Part shown: positions 37,014 to 49,379 of the stretch, piece by piece | Position numbering within the stretch: position 1 is the first letter of the stretch | How the letters are laid out: each line of letters opens with the position of its first letter | Assembly: GCF_036365525.1 (NCBI RefSeq) | Contig: NC_090401.1 | Span: 59,840,868-59,904,867, forward strand | Origin: Heterodontus francisci | Taxonomy: Eukaryota | Direction of reading: 5' to 3' | Length of the DNA: 64,000 nucleotides | Notes under the pieces: generated by a model | Databases searched by the model: none | Told to the model about the DNA's origin: nothing | The model's input: the letters and a program-made list of their open reading frames with translations, nothing else | Translations under genes and position numbers: made by a program

Positions 37014-37353
37014 GGGCGGCACAGTGGCGCAGTAGTTAGCACCGCAGCCTCACAGCTCCAGCGACCCAGGTTCAATTCTGGGTATTGCCTGTGTGGAGTT
37101 TGCAAGTTCTCCCTGTGTCTGCGTGGGTTTTCGCCGGGTACTCCGGTTTCCTCCCACCACCAAAAGACTTGCAGGTTGATAGGTAAGTTGGCCATTATAA
37201 ATTGCCCCTAGTATAGGTAGGTAGTAGGGACAGGTGGGGATATGGTAGGAATATGGGATTAGGGTAGAATTAGTATAAATGGGTGGTTGATGGTCGGCAC
37301 AGACTCGGTGGGCCGAAGGGCCTGTTTCAGTGCTGTATCTCTAAATAAAAAAA
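37014..37353 (+). mobile_element. HE1-like V-SINE
   Basis: Full copy. Confidence 0.93.
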
Positions 37354-37895
37354 GTAATGAGGTAATGCATTTAGGGGAAAAAAGGTTGGGAATATAAACT
37401 GAGGGGTCTAGAGAAGACCATGTTCAAATATACATTCCCTTGAAAATGTAAGTGCAGGAAATAAAGCCATAAAAAGCCAAAGCATTTGAGGTTTTATAAT
37501 TTGGTGAATAGATACACACTATAATTGCAAGCAGATAATGATATATCTGTAAAAGGCATGACTTGGCCACAGTTCTAGTTGTGTGTTAAGCTTTGGACAC
37601 CCCAATATAGAAAGGACATCAAAGTCACAGAGCACATATAATGTAGATTCACCAGGATACCAGGGATGAGAAATTATAGTTAAGTGGAGAAACATAAGTT
37701 AACAACAATAAATTTCATTTATATAGCACCCTTAACTTAAAACAGCCCAAGGTGCCAGCAACAAAGGACCATGAATTTTAAATTGTCATTAAGGCAGTGA
37801 GGAGAGACTCGAGAGAAATTTTTTTTTGCAAAGAGTTGTTGGAGCAATGCATAGAGAGTAGTTGAGATAGAGATCATTGCATCTCTTAAGGGAAG

Positions 37896-40617
37896 GGTAG
37901 GATGGGGTATAAAGGAAGAAATAATGGCAGTTTGTCAGAAAGGTACAGCAATAATTATGGGGGATTTTAACCTACATATAGACTGGAAAAATCAGATGGG
38001 TAGCGGTAGCCTAGATGAGGAGTACATGGAATGTTTTCGGGATAATTTCTTGGAACAATACATTCTGGAGCCATCCAGAGAGGAGGCTATACTAGACCTG
38101 GTATTGTGCAATATAGGATTAATTAATGACCTCATAGTTAAGGTGCCCCTAGGTCGCAGAGATCATAGTATGATTGAATTTTACATTTAGTTTGAGGGAA
38201 AGAAGAGTGGGTCCAAGACTAGTATTTTAAACTAAATAAGGCCAATTATGAGGGCATGAAAGCAGAGCTAGCTAAAGTGAACTGGCAAATCAGGTTAAGG
38301 GATAGGTCAATAGAGATGCAGTGGCAGACATTTAAGGGGATATTTCAGAATACACAGAATAGATACATTTCAACAAGAAATAAAAATTCCAAAGTGGGGC
38401 CCACTATCTGTGGTTACCTAAAACAGTTAAAGATAGTATCAAACTTAAAGAAAAAGCCTATAATTGCACAAAGATGGGAGGCAGGTCAGAAGATTGGACA
38501 GAATATAAAAAACAGCAATTAATGACTAAAAGATTGATAAGGAAGGTAAAATTAGAGTACGAGAGAAAGCTAGCTAGAAATATAAAGACAGATAGTAAGA
38601 GTTTCTACAGATATTTAAAAAAGAAAAGAGTTAACAAAGTGAGCGTTGCTCCTATAGAAAATGAGTCTGGGGAATTAATGGATAAGGAGATGGCAGATGA
38701 CTTGAAAAGATATTTTGCATCGGTATTCACTATTGAGGATACAAGTAACATCCCAGTACCAGCTGTAAGTCAGGAAATGGAAGGGAGGGAGGAACTCAAA
38801 AAAATTACAAATCACCAGGAAAGTGGTACTGAACAAATTGTTGGAGCTGCGGGCTGACAAGTCCCCAGGTCCTGATGGGTTTCATCCTAGTGAGATAGTT
38901 GATGCATTAGTTTTAATTTTCCAAAATTCCCTCGATTTGGGGAAGGTTCTGTTAGATTGGAAAATAGTGAATGTAACTCCTTTATTCAAAAAGGGAGGGA
39001 GACAGAAAGCAGGAAACTACAGGCCAGTTAGCTTAACATCTGTCTTAGGGAAAATGTTAGAAGTTATTATTAATGATGTTATAGCAGGGCATTTAGAAAA
39101 ATTCAAGATAATCAGGCAGAGTCAACATAGTTTTGTGAAAGGGAAATCATGTTTAATCAATTTATTGGAGTTCTTTGAGGGAGTTACATGTGCTGTGGAT
39201 AAAGGGGAACTGGTGGGTGTATTGTACTTAGATTTCCAGAAGGCATTTGATAGAGTGCCACAAAGGTTATTGCAGAAACTAAAAGCTCATGGTGAAGTGG
39301 GTAGCATATTGGCATTGATAGAAGATTGGTTAGCGAACAGGAAACAGAGAGTAGGCATAAATGGGTCATTTTCTGGTTGGCAAGATGTAATGAGTGGTGT
39401 GCCACAGGGATCTGTGCTGGGGCCTCAACTTTTTACAATTTATATAAATGACTTAGATAAAGGGACCGAAGGTATGGTTGTTAAATATGCTGATGACTCA
39501 AAGATAGGTAGGAAAGTAACTTGTGAAGATATAAGGAGGCTACAAAGGGATATAGATAGGTTAAGTGAGTGGGCAAAGACCTGGCAAATGGAGTATTATG
39601 TGGAAAAGTGTGAAATTGTCCACTTTGGCAGGAAGAATAAAAAAGCATATTATCTAAATGGTGAGAGATTGCAGAGCTCTGAAATGCAGAGGGATCTGGG
39701 TGTCCTAGTGCATGAATCGCAAAAGGTTAGTATGTGGGTATAGCATGTAGTTAGGAAAGTTAATAGAATGTTATCATTTATCGCAAGGGGAATTGAATAC
39801 AAAAATAGTGAGGTTATGCTTCAGCTATACAGGGCATTGGTGAGACCACATCTGGAGTACTGTGTACAATACTGGTCTCCTTATTTAAGGAAGGATGTAA
39901 ATGCGTTGGAGGCAGTACAGAGAAGGTTTACTAGACTAATACCTGGAATGGGTGGGCTGTCTTATGAGGAAAGATTGGACAGACTAGGCTTGTATCCGCT
40001 GGAATTTAGAAGAGTAAGAGGCGACTTGATTGAAACATGTAAGATCCTGAGGGGTCTTGACAGGGTGGATGTGGAAAGGATATTTCCCCTTGTGGGAGAA
40101 TCTAGAACTTGGGGTCACTGTTTAAAAATAAGAGGTCCCCCATTTCAGACAGAGATGAGGAGACATTTTTTCTCTCAGAGATATATATATATATCTCACA
40201 TATACAAACTGGGTGGTTTTATTTTAATAAATAAAGTCAACAGATGAAACTCTCCACCGAACAAAGGCGGTGGGAGGGGTGCCGCTACCGCCCGGTAAAC
40301 GGGACCTGGAACAAGCAGAGGTCAGCAGCCGCCAGCATCTCAATCTGGTGCCGAGGAGGAGGGGTAGGGGGAGGAGGGTGGGGGGAAGGGAGGTCGGGAG
40401 TCTTTGGAATTCTCTTCCTCAAAAGGCGATGGAAGCAGAGCCTTTGAACATTTTTAAGGCAGAGGTAGATAGATTCTTGATAAGCAAGGGGCTGGAAGGT
40501 TATCGGGGGTAGGTGGAAATGTGGAGTAATCAGTTCAGCCATGAACTTATTGAATGGCGGAGCAGGCTCAAAGGGCCGAGTGGCCTACTCCTGCTCCTAA
40601 TTCGTAAGTTCGTATGG
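37896..40617 (+). mobile_element. 5'-truncated CR1 LINE (endonuclease C-terminus to 3' end) with multiple frameshifts
   Basis: MGDFN, LDLVL, KSPGPDG, NYRPVSLT, PQGSVLGP, YADD; CR1 3'UTR. Confidence 0.92.
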
Positions 40618-40958
40618 TACATAAACATTTGGATGTTCTAATTGTGGGAGAACGCCCAAACTATTTGGCAGGACAATATAGAACACCGGGCCATCGAATG
40701 TGTTATGAAGTTAGAAGCTAGTGTTGGCGTGCTTAGAAGACCAATTAACTCCTGGTTATGAAGCAGTTCCTGAAACATGATCCAGTGGTGTATTTCTTGC
40801 TAACTAATCGATCAATAATCAGATATTTGGTCAAGATTCTGTAATTGGTTTGATGAAATCTTACATATCAGTTATATTATGGAAGTTGATCCTGGTCTAA
40901 TATTCCAGAGAAAATTAATGAAGTGTTGCATTGTTTATTTTTTGTATAGAGGAGATAT

Positions 40959-41805
40959 TGTTCTGACCGACTACTCAAGTCAAAGCCCCCAATCAAAATA
41001 TCTGATTCTGATTGTGGTAGGAGAAATGCAACATTGATTCAGTCCTGTCCCTCCACAGATTGCCTAACATATCATTTTAAACTTTCCAAATTAAAGAAAG
41101 ACCCAGCCAAATTGTACCGTCTATTAACCCCCGAATGAGGCTAACCAAACCAGGTGTCTTTAGATCAACAAATTAACTGTTTAATTAGAAAAACTAAATT
41201 CTTAAACACTACTAAGATATAAACAACATTTAAAATCAGAAAAATTAGAGTCCTTGCATATTTATGCTCTTGCCAAATTGAAATTTTCCAATGTGGAATA
41301 GTCCAAGGTTGCTTAAAGTCCTCACAGCCATCCGATGGGAAATAAAAAGGTTCTTCAACAGTAGAACAGTCCGTAGTCTAATTCAGTGGTTGAATAGATG
41401 CTCTTCTTTTCCAGTGATGAATTTCAACAATTACAGTTCAGTAGTTAAAGGAATTGGTTATTTTCTTTGAAGAAATTAATCTGGTTTGACATCAGAATTC
41501 TGAGAGTATAATAAATAGGGTTTAAATAAACCAAGAAAGAGCTCTCTTTTCCTTCAGTATATGCTGGTCCGGCTGTCTGTCTGTGTCTGAGAGTTAGAAC
41601 AGTCTGTTTCCACTACAAGCTAATTCAAAATTAAATTGTATCATTGTATCTCTCGATCTTCCTTCTGAGTGGCTGTATCCCGGGGCAACGAGAATGCATT
41701 CTTTAACTCAGTCTCTGGAGCTTGTTGCCTGAAAGCAGTACTCCTCTTCCAGCCTTAAAGGCACACCGCATTCTTCCCGGAAAAAAAACCTATAGGATAA
41801 TAACA
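40959..41805 (-). mobile_element. Solo LTR (Gypsy-like), 847 bp
   Basis: TGTT...AACA termini; 4-bp TSD ATAT (40955-40958 and 41806-41809); minus-strand ATTAAA and ACCTGGTTTGGTT resemble the 24850 LTR. Confidence 0.7.
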
Positions 41806-42391
41806 ATATTACTGTTGTACATTGTATGGCTGTGTCGACTGGACATTTCTTACTTTTACTAAAATTGTTCCATCATTTACAGCATAAACCACAGTCTAAA
41901 TGAATGCTTCTTTTATCACTTTCCAAAGTCTATAGATCACATGAGGGCTCATGACCTATCGAGTAATGAGAAACAGGACTAGGGTTTTTGTTCAGCCCGC
42001 AGGATCACTACTTTGGCAGATATTGTAAGCAAGAAGTTTCACTCCAGTTCAAAGAGAAAACAGGCTCACTTACAGCAGTGGTCTTTGGCATTGAGTTACA
42101 AGAGAAATACCAGAGAAAACCCCCAAAACAGAACTTGCTGGAGATCCTCTTGCCTGATCTGTTTTTTATTCTGCACCTGATTCTGTGCAGATGAATGGGT
42201 TTGTGCCAGCACATGGAATTGATAAACTACAACAATAAAGCAGAACAGGAATCCCAAAATGAAAGCCAAGATTCAGAAACCTTTATAACCTGCCAGAAAT
42301 TGCTTTAATTCCTGTCACATTTAACCATTTTCAAAAATAGTGTAAGGATTTCATTGGGCAAATGGGAAAATAAAAGTCATTAGCCACATAC

Positions 42392-43280
42392 AAAAGCAAA
42401 ATACTGCAGATGCTGGAAATCCAAAGTAAAAACAGAAAATGCTGGAAATACTTCACAAGTCAGGCAGCTACTATAGAGAGAGAAATAGAGTTAATGGTCT
42501 AGATTTTACTGCAGGCTTCAGGACCCTGATATCAGAAACAAATGGGGGTCGTGCCCATACTTGCTGGGAGCCAGACTGGGGGATTTATTTTCCCAGAAGC
42601 AGCCTCCTAATTGGCCGCCTCCACATTCACCATCCTGTGAAAGATGGTGGGCAGGCTCCCAATGCTGCTGGTTTAAATCAGACAGATGGCAGTTCTAGAT
42701 CTCTAGACCAGGAGAGATAAGCACTGCTGAGGCAGGTGGAAGACCAGGAGGGCACCTCAAAATGGAGACGCCCTTGGAGGGGTTAAATTAAATTATTAAA
42801 TCAGAAGGGGGAAGAAGGTAGGCCCCTCACGTTGTACGGGAAACCACTCCAGAGGCATCACTTGGGCCTTGGGGGCAGCTTTTCCTGCCTATGGCCCCCT
42901 GTATGGGGGATGGACCCTCAGGTGCTGATGACGCTCCCAGCCTGCCGCAGGGAAGCCCCCTACAATGAGTGGCCACCTCCACACATGGTGGGGGGCTGCT
43001 CTGCCACTGGCAAAATGCTGGCGAGCCATCTAAATCATCCCTAATTGGGGCCTTAATTATGTAAATTGTGTGCCCGCCTCCATTCAGCCGGCAGCCAATC
43101 GTTTCCCGGGCAGTCCTGAGAAAATTCCTTGGCTGCGGGAATGTCAGGGAGCCATCCCGAGGCAGCTCCCTACTACATTCCTGCCCCCTCCACCTCCCAG
43201 CCTCCCCCCACCACTGGTCAATGACCTTTCATTAAGAACTGGAAAAAGTTAGAAATGTAAAAGGTTTTAACAAGTACAGA
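42392..43280 (-). mobile_element. Penelope terminal remnant interrupted by a GC-rich element (about 42496-43214)
   Basis: AAAAGCAAAATACTGCAGATGCTGGAAAT...GAGTTAATG | GGTCAATGACCTTTCATTAAGAACTG is the reverse complement of the 51490-51650 motif. Confidence 0.65.
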
Positions 43281-44671
43281 GTATCACTGACAACACATCC
43301 TTGGAGCTGTTGTTCAAGCTGAAACACACTTTTGATGGAATTTGTGCATTTATCCAATGTGGATAAAAGGAGGCTTAACGTTTAGCCCTAAATATGACTT
43401 CTCCTCAAAGGTGCATTATTCAATCTTAACTATGAATCTTTGTTTCCCCCCCAAAAAAACACTAAATAAACAGTAAGGTTTAGGAGACAACAAACAGTTA
43501 AAAATTAGTCTCTTTTGACACTGCTGAATCTTGTAAAATGCATAATTAATTTGCTTCCATCTGATTTTTCTAACCTGAAGATAAAAATAGGCAATTTGCA
43601 AATCTTTGTACTGCAGCCTCTTTAATCATTCAGCGCTTAGCATAAACCCATATTTTATGCAAAACTGATTAGATTTCAAAATGGCCTGCTGTCTCTGGGT
43701 GAAATTTGGCAGGATTAGATTTTGTGTTAGACATTACAAAAATGAGGTAATTAGAAACATTGCATGTATGCAGCAGAGTCTGAATAATGTGAGCAGATGC
43801 AATTCAGAGAGCATTTAAATTCTGTATTTAGATCAGGTGATCTTTTTAGTTTGTATTAACTGTAAAATCTACATTTTTTAAAATGGGGAATGAGTATAGA
43901 GGAAAGTATTTATTCCTGGAGGAATCTTTCGGAATTTAGACATTTTTGTTTTCTAAGTAATCTAATTTGCAGGATTCTTGTTTTGAGCCCTATACATTGT
44001 CCAAACAGAGGAGGGAATAAACTGGGTGTGGAAGCTAAAAGGATATCCTTGGAGCATGTGCACTCCTTATTTATTTGTACTAGTGAGTTTGGTCGATTTT
44101 CAGACTAACTATGAATAGTCATTTTTCTTTGGCGCCTCGACTGCTTACTGGTATGTTTTGCAGACAAATTGGTCTGTTTTCAGTCCAGTTACGCTGGACT
44201 CTAGTGAGAATTCACCAGTGCAATCACGACTCTGCTGCTGGAATAGAGAGCATTTAAGCTTTTGTGGAAGAACCCTGTAAATGAGGTATTAAAATATGGA
44301 ACAATATTTAGTTCCCTGCAACATCTGAGTACTGAGCCTGCCATTAATGCATCTCTTTATGTATCAAACCTTGCCATAAATTTAGTGAGATGTGGAAGAA
44401 TAATTCCCTAAGTGATCCAAAGTATTAAAAATTCAACAGCCCCTGGGCACATTCTAAATGAAACTCTTATTCACTTTTGCAAGATAACTACATTGTAATT
44501 TGTGACTGAAAACAATACACTTCAGCCAGAGTGAAAGAAGTCACCACTGAAATTAAATTCTCAATTCCTAAGGTCTTTTGCTTTTATCTACCATGACGAT
44601 AGGAAATAAATTTGTCTAATTTGAAAATATTTTAGTAATGTTCCTAATATAGTATACAGAAAATATAGTAT

Positions 44672-45050
44672 GGCAGTAGCTGTGGCTCAGTTGGTAATGC
44701 TTTCCTCTTTGAGTCCAAACATTGTGGGTTCAAACCTTACTTGGGACTTGAATGTAACAATCTAGGTTGATACTCCAGTATAGTACTGAGGGAGTGCTGC
44801 ACAGTCAGAGTGCCTTCTCAGGTAAACATAAACAAATTACAATGAAGAATAGGGGAGTAGACTAGTATTTATCCCTCAGTCAACATCAAAGAAACAGATT
44901 ATGTGGTTATTATCACATTATTGTTTGTGGGAGCTTGCTGTGTGCAAATTGGCTGCTGAATTTCCTACATTGCAACTGTAGCTCATTGGCTGTAAAGCAT
45001 TTTGAAAGATCCTGTGGTCATGAAAGGTGCTATAGAAATGCAAGTCTTCA
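44672..45050 (+). mobile_element. DeuSINE (SacSINE1-like), near complete
   Basis: tRNA head TGGCTCAGTTGG/GGTTCAAAC, central GTACTGAGGGAGTGCTGCAC, tail GGTGCTATAGAAATGCAAG. Confidence 0.75.
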
Positions 45051-46917
45051 TTTTTATTTAATTGGCCCTAAACTGATTTACTGCTGATCATGGTATTTTT
45101 CCTGTGAGGAAGACTGCAGTTTAATAATTGCAGTCTTCTTTGGGTCTTCAGTTAATTCATTGAGGTGTAACAGACCATTAGATTTTTTTTTTAAAAAAAG
45201 CTTAACAGAAAGAGCAAGGTACAGATGTAATACACACAGACATATCACATTCACTTAAGAACATAGGTAAATTAATTTATTTGCAATTTCAGTTATCAAC
45301 TGAATTTGGGGAGAAAAGGTGATTGCAATCTCAAGTATATTTTTGTTTATTGCTTTGTATTATTATGTTATATTTCTTCCCTTTAGCTTTCTGCCTCTCT
45401 CTAGCTTTTAACTCAGTATTATGGCTCCACCTGGGGGCTCCATTCTTTCAGCTCCCTATCATGGTTCACCCTCAGGCTCCTACTGTGCCTTCCCACACCC
45501 AACTTTAGTCACAGTACTACAACTTCCCACTCACAGAATTACTACTCATTATTACAGGCTAGCAGCACTGCTGTGAATCACCTGGTCCAAATGACTCACT
45601 TCAACCACTTGCTGGGCTCCACACTGCTGCTCTCCCAACTCTTTTTGGGGAGGGAATCACATTTTCAGTACAAAGTACCTGGAGTTTCTGGCAGTTGGGA
45701 GAGGAGAGGTGTTGGTGTGGGAGGTGGAATTTGCAGTGTGAAGTCCCTCAGGTTTTTGCCAGGGAAATGTACAATCGAGAATATTTAGGGATTTCTGCCA
45801 CTGTGGCAGTGGGGGGGAAGGTGGCTGGAGGGAAATGGGGAGGATTTATTTTAGAGAGTAACAGGAGATTTCTGGTGGAAAACTCACATAAGAGTTGCTG
45901 AAGAATGCATTTAGAATAGTGAGTATTATTTTGTGCTCGGGGGTGGGCGTTGGATTTGCAGTAGTATTTGGGGATTCTAATAGGGAGGAGTATTTACAGT
46001 AGAATAAGCCTGGACATGGAGGATTTACTGTATTTGTGTGTGTGTGTATGAGGGGCGGGGAGTCAATTGACGACAAAGAATACCTGGAAGTTTCTTACAG
46101 GGGTTACTTGCCAATAGGGAGCATCAGAAGGTTTTGTACCACAGCGAGGACCTGGCAACTGGGGGATAGGATTTATAGTCGACATCACGTGGGTCTTCCT
46201 GGAAGACCTTATAATAGGGAGTATGGAGGAGTTTCTGGATGGGTGGTTGGGGGGGGGGGGGGGGAGGGGGGGGGGTTGGGGTGAGGATTTAGAAGAGAAT
46301 GCCTGGGAGTGGAAGGAGGTTTTCCTGTACAAAGTACAGAGAAGGGATATTTGCAGCAGAGAATGCTGTGGAATTGTGGATTTATAGCACAGAATGAGGA
46401 ATGATTTAGTTTAAAAACTGGCATGGGGGAAAAAAATCACAACACCCCAGACCCTGCTTCTTCAAAGAAAGTAATCCATGCCAGCTAGGACTGTTCCATA
46501 AAAATGTCCCTTGCACTTTTAATCGTTTCTTTCTCATGCAGAACTACCCCACCTCCACCTTCATCCCACTGCCCTCCCTGCTTCCTATAAGAAACCCCAT
46601 GGAAGGTCTCCCGAGAATAGTTAAAATTATGTGACTTACTTTCAATGGCCATGATAAATCTATCATAAAAATACAATGACATCAATTTCCGGTTCAATTA
46701 CTCCAAGGCCTGTCCAACACCAGTGATGTAAATTGCAACAAAAAAAAAGCGGACTTTAATCGGGAATCTAATGCGGTTTTTAATTATAGGACATGTCCTT
46801 GAATGTTATTGTAGTCCTTTCCCACCGGGAAGGACGTGTCAGGAGAGGAACCGCGTTCTGACTCTGCGCATCTTTGGAGGCAATAAAATGCGACATGTAT
46901 TTTCTAACAGTTAAGAG

Positions 46918-47017
46918 AATTTTTTTTATTTCCAAAATATACTTTATTCATAAAAATCTGTTAAAAAAAATACATTACCAAACAGTTTCAAACAACATCA
47001 AGTCAAAAAAAATCAAA
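46918..47017 (-). mobile_element. 100-bp 3' end of an L1/Tx1-like LINE with a 13-bp TSD
   Basis: TAACAGTTAAGAG at 46905-46917 and 47018-47030; minus strand ends ATGAATAAAGTATATTTTGGAAATAAAAAAAA. Confidence 0.75.
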
Positions 47018-47239
47018 TAACAGTTAAGAGCATGTTTGGTGAGTGAAGGGTTCTACTCTTTACAAATCGTTATAACATTTTATAAATCTTTATAAATCTG
47101 TTAATCCATCATGCTGGTCAGGTCGATGCATCGTTTGTCATTTTTAAAATTTCAGAGTCTTGCTGCAATACAATAATTGCGAATCTCCCCGTTCTCAGTG
47201 CCGGCTTTGTTTATATAAATGTATTTGGGGTATTTTATG

Positions 47240-47350
47240 AATGGAGCTCATTTGCATGCAGCGCGCGTCCCCCGCACCGCCTGATGACTGCGCTCGGTGT
47301 GAAGTCAGAGCGGTGCCTGTGCATCAATCTGGCGGCAGGAGTGAGTCAGT
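47240..47350 (+). promoter_or_regulatory. Putative GPR3 promoter
   Basis: Local CpG enrichment; octamer ATTTGCAT 47250-47257; CRE-like TGAAGTCA 47300-47307; AP-1 TGAGTCA 47342-47348. Confidence 0.5.
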
Positions 47351-47538
47351 GACTGCTTCAACTGCAAACTCCCAGATACAGCAGATCACAGCGACTGGAG
47401 CCTGCAAGCAGTAGCAGCTGCTCCTCTACAGCGCCAGTCCCCTGCTTTCTACACACACATATATTTCTCAGATATATATTTCCGCTCTCTCTGCAAACCA
47501 AGGACAAGAACTTGAATGTGCAACATCTAGACAAACAG

Positions 47539-47962
47539 GTAATGTTCAGATTCCAGTTACTGTTGAAATAGGGGCAGAAAATCAGAAGGGTTTAGGAGGA
47601 GTGCATTGATTGCTTTTTAAGGTGCTCAGCGTCGGTTTTGGGAAAGGTTGCAAGTTAAATGCGAATGTTTTACTTGCTCTCGTTAAAGTATTTCCAGTGT
47701 AACTGGAGAAGTGGATACAAGTAACATGTATCTTGTATGTATTGCAATAATGTCAATATAGTGGGACCAAATAAGATGTGCATGTTTGGATTAAGGAAAT
47801 GGTAACCGATTGTACTGAAACTAATTCAGGGTTTATTGAACATCAAATTAACTAGAACTAACATGCTACTATATATATATAAATAAATATATATAAAAAA
47901 CACTAAAACTGTAGTGTTCAGAATTGTTTTTAAATATGTACAAACACGCTCCCTTGTTGCAG
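47539..47962 (+). other. Probable 5'UTR intron of GPR3
   Basis: Donor CAG|GTAATG; acceptor CCCTTGTTGCAG| 15 nt upstream of the ATG. Confidence 0.6.
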
Positions 47963-47977
47963 GTAGTACCCAACAAC

Positions 47978-48961
47978 ATGAATGAGAATATTTCTAAGAA
48001 CTCCACTGATGACCAGTCGGGCTGGTTCCAACCCATTGACGACAATTCATCTCTAGACTTAGCCTTGGTGATACAGCAGCCTTCACTCAATCCCTGGGAT
48101 GTTGTGCTTTGTGTTTCTGGGACGATCATCGCCTGTGAAAATGCTATTGTTGTTGCGATCATATTCTACACGCCAGCTTTGAGAACACCTATGTTTTTGC
48201 TGATAGGCAGCCTGGCCACGGCTGACCTATTGGCGGGACTGGGACTCATTGTCCACTTCGTGTTCCTCTATTGTATTCGATCTGAAGTAGTCAGTCTGGT
48301 TACAGTCGGCCTCCTAGTTGCATCGTTCAGCGCTTCAGTGAACAGTTTATTAGCCATTACAATCGACCGCTACCTCTCATTGTACAACGCACTGACTTAC
48401 TACTCGGAGAGAACTGTCACCCGCACCTACATCATGCTGATCCTAACCTGGGCTGTCTCCATCTGCCTGGGACTGCTTCCCATCACCGGCTGGAACTGTC
48501 TCAAAGACATTTCCACATGTAGCATCGTGAAACCGCTAACCAAGAACAATCTGATCATCCTGTCCATCTCATTTTTCATGGTGTTTGGAATGATGCTGCA
48601 GTTGTACATGCAGATCTGTAAAATAGTCTGCCGGCATGCTCACCAGATTGCTCTACAGCGTCACTTCCTCGCAACCTCTCACTATGTGACAACCAGGAAA
48701 GGAATTTCCACGCTCGCTGTCATCCTCGGAGCCTTTGCAATCTGCTGGTTACCCTTTGCAATATATTGCCTGATGGGAGACTACACCTTCCCGACTTTAT
48801 ACACTTACCTTACTTTCTTACCAGCCATCTACAACTCAATGATAAACCCAATAATTTATGCTTATCGGAACCATGATATCCAGAAGGTTCTCTGGACAGT
48901 GTGTTGTGGCTGCTTCGCGAATAAACTTTCGTTTAAGTCTAGATCGCCTAGTGACGTCTAG
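47978..48961 (+). CDS. GPR3: G protein-coupled receptor 3 (GPR3/6/12 family; constitutively Gs-active orphan class A GPCR), 327 aa
   Basis: 7TM with CEN, ADLLAG, DRY, CWLPF, NPIIY and C-terminal RSPSDV. Residues VTRTY, FFMVFG, QRH, TRKGI, GAFA, LYTYLT and QKVLW match GPR3 rather than GPR12 or GPR6. Confidence 0.85.
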   Translation: MNENISKNSTDDQSGWFQPIDDNSSLDLALVIQQPSLNPWDVVLCVSGTIIACENAIVVAIIFYTPALRTPMFLLIGSLATADLLAGLGLIVHFVFLYCIRSEVVSLVTVGLLVASFSASVNSLLAITIDRYLSLYNALTYYSERTVTRTYIMLILTWAVSICLGLLPITGWNCLKDISTCSIVKPLTKNNLIILSISFFMVFGMMLQLYMQICKIVCRHAHQIALQRHFLATSHYVTTRKGISTLAVILGAFAICWLPFAIYCLMGDYTFPTLYTYLTFLPAIYNSMINPIIYAYRNHDIQKVLWTVCCGCFANKLSFKSRSPSDV

Positions 48962-49373
48962 CTACTTAGGATCCATTTACCGCAGAATGAGTGGAGTCTT
49001 ACTGTGCCTGTCTATTTATTAGAGCTGAAGACTGAATGTCCAAAGCTCCTTCAGTCAGACCATTGCACTAAAGCCAAATCAAAATCGGGAAACAAATGAT
49101 ATTGAAGCTGAAAAAAAAAGCAGCTCTGTTCTCAGAATCAATGCAGGACAAACCAAATGGACCAAGACATGAAATGCAGTTAAAAGACTTTGTGTACTGT
49201 ACTCAAATTTGCACAACTGTTAAAAATTAAAACAAAAACTGTATAAAATGTACACGGCACTTTGAATTTCAATCCTTACTGTAACATTGCACAAAGTTTA
49301 TTTTTTAAAAAAGTCGTTTGTGAATTTTTGGTTCTTGTTTGAGATTTTGGATGTATTCATGTTTACAATCATC

Positions 49374-49379
49374 AATAAA
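49374..49379 (+). terminator. Candidate GPR3 polyadenylation signal
   Basis: AATAAA about 410 nt after the stop codon, with T/GT-rich flanks. Confidence 0.5.

Larger units (their letters stand above)
35340..37870 (+). mobile_element. Highly decayed CR1 LINE with nested insertions
   Basis: Remnants of IYIDFQKVF, EWADWxxQF, EVMHLG, FGHPNIE. Confidence 0.6.

Noticed and set aside
47924-47977. N-terminal extension of the GPCR ORF
   Set aside because: It starts at TTG and spans a splice acceptor; ATG 47978 is the likelier start.
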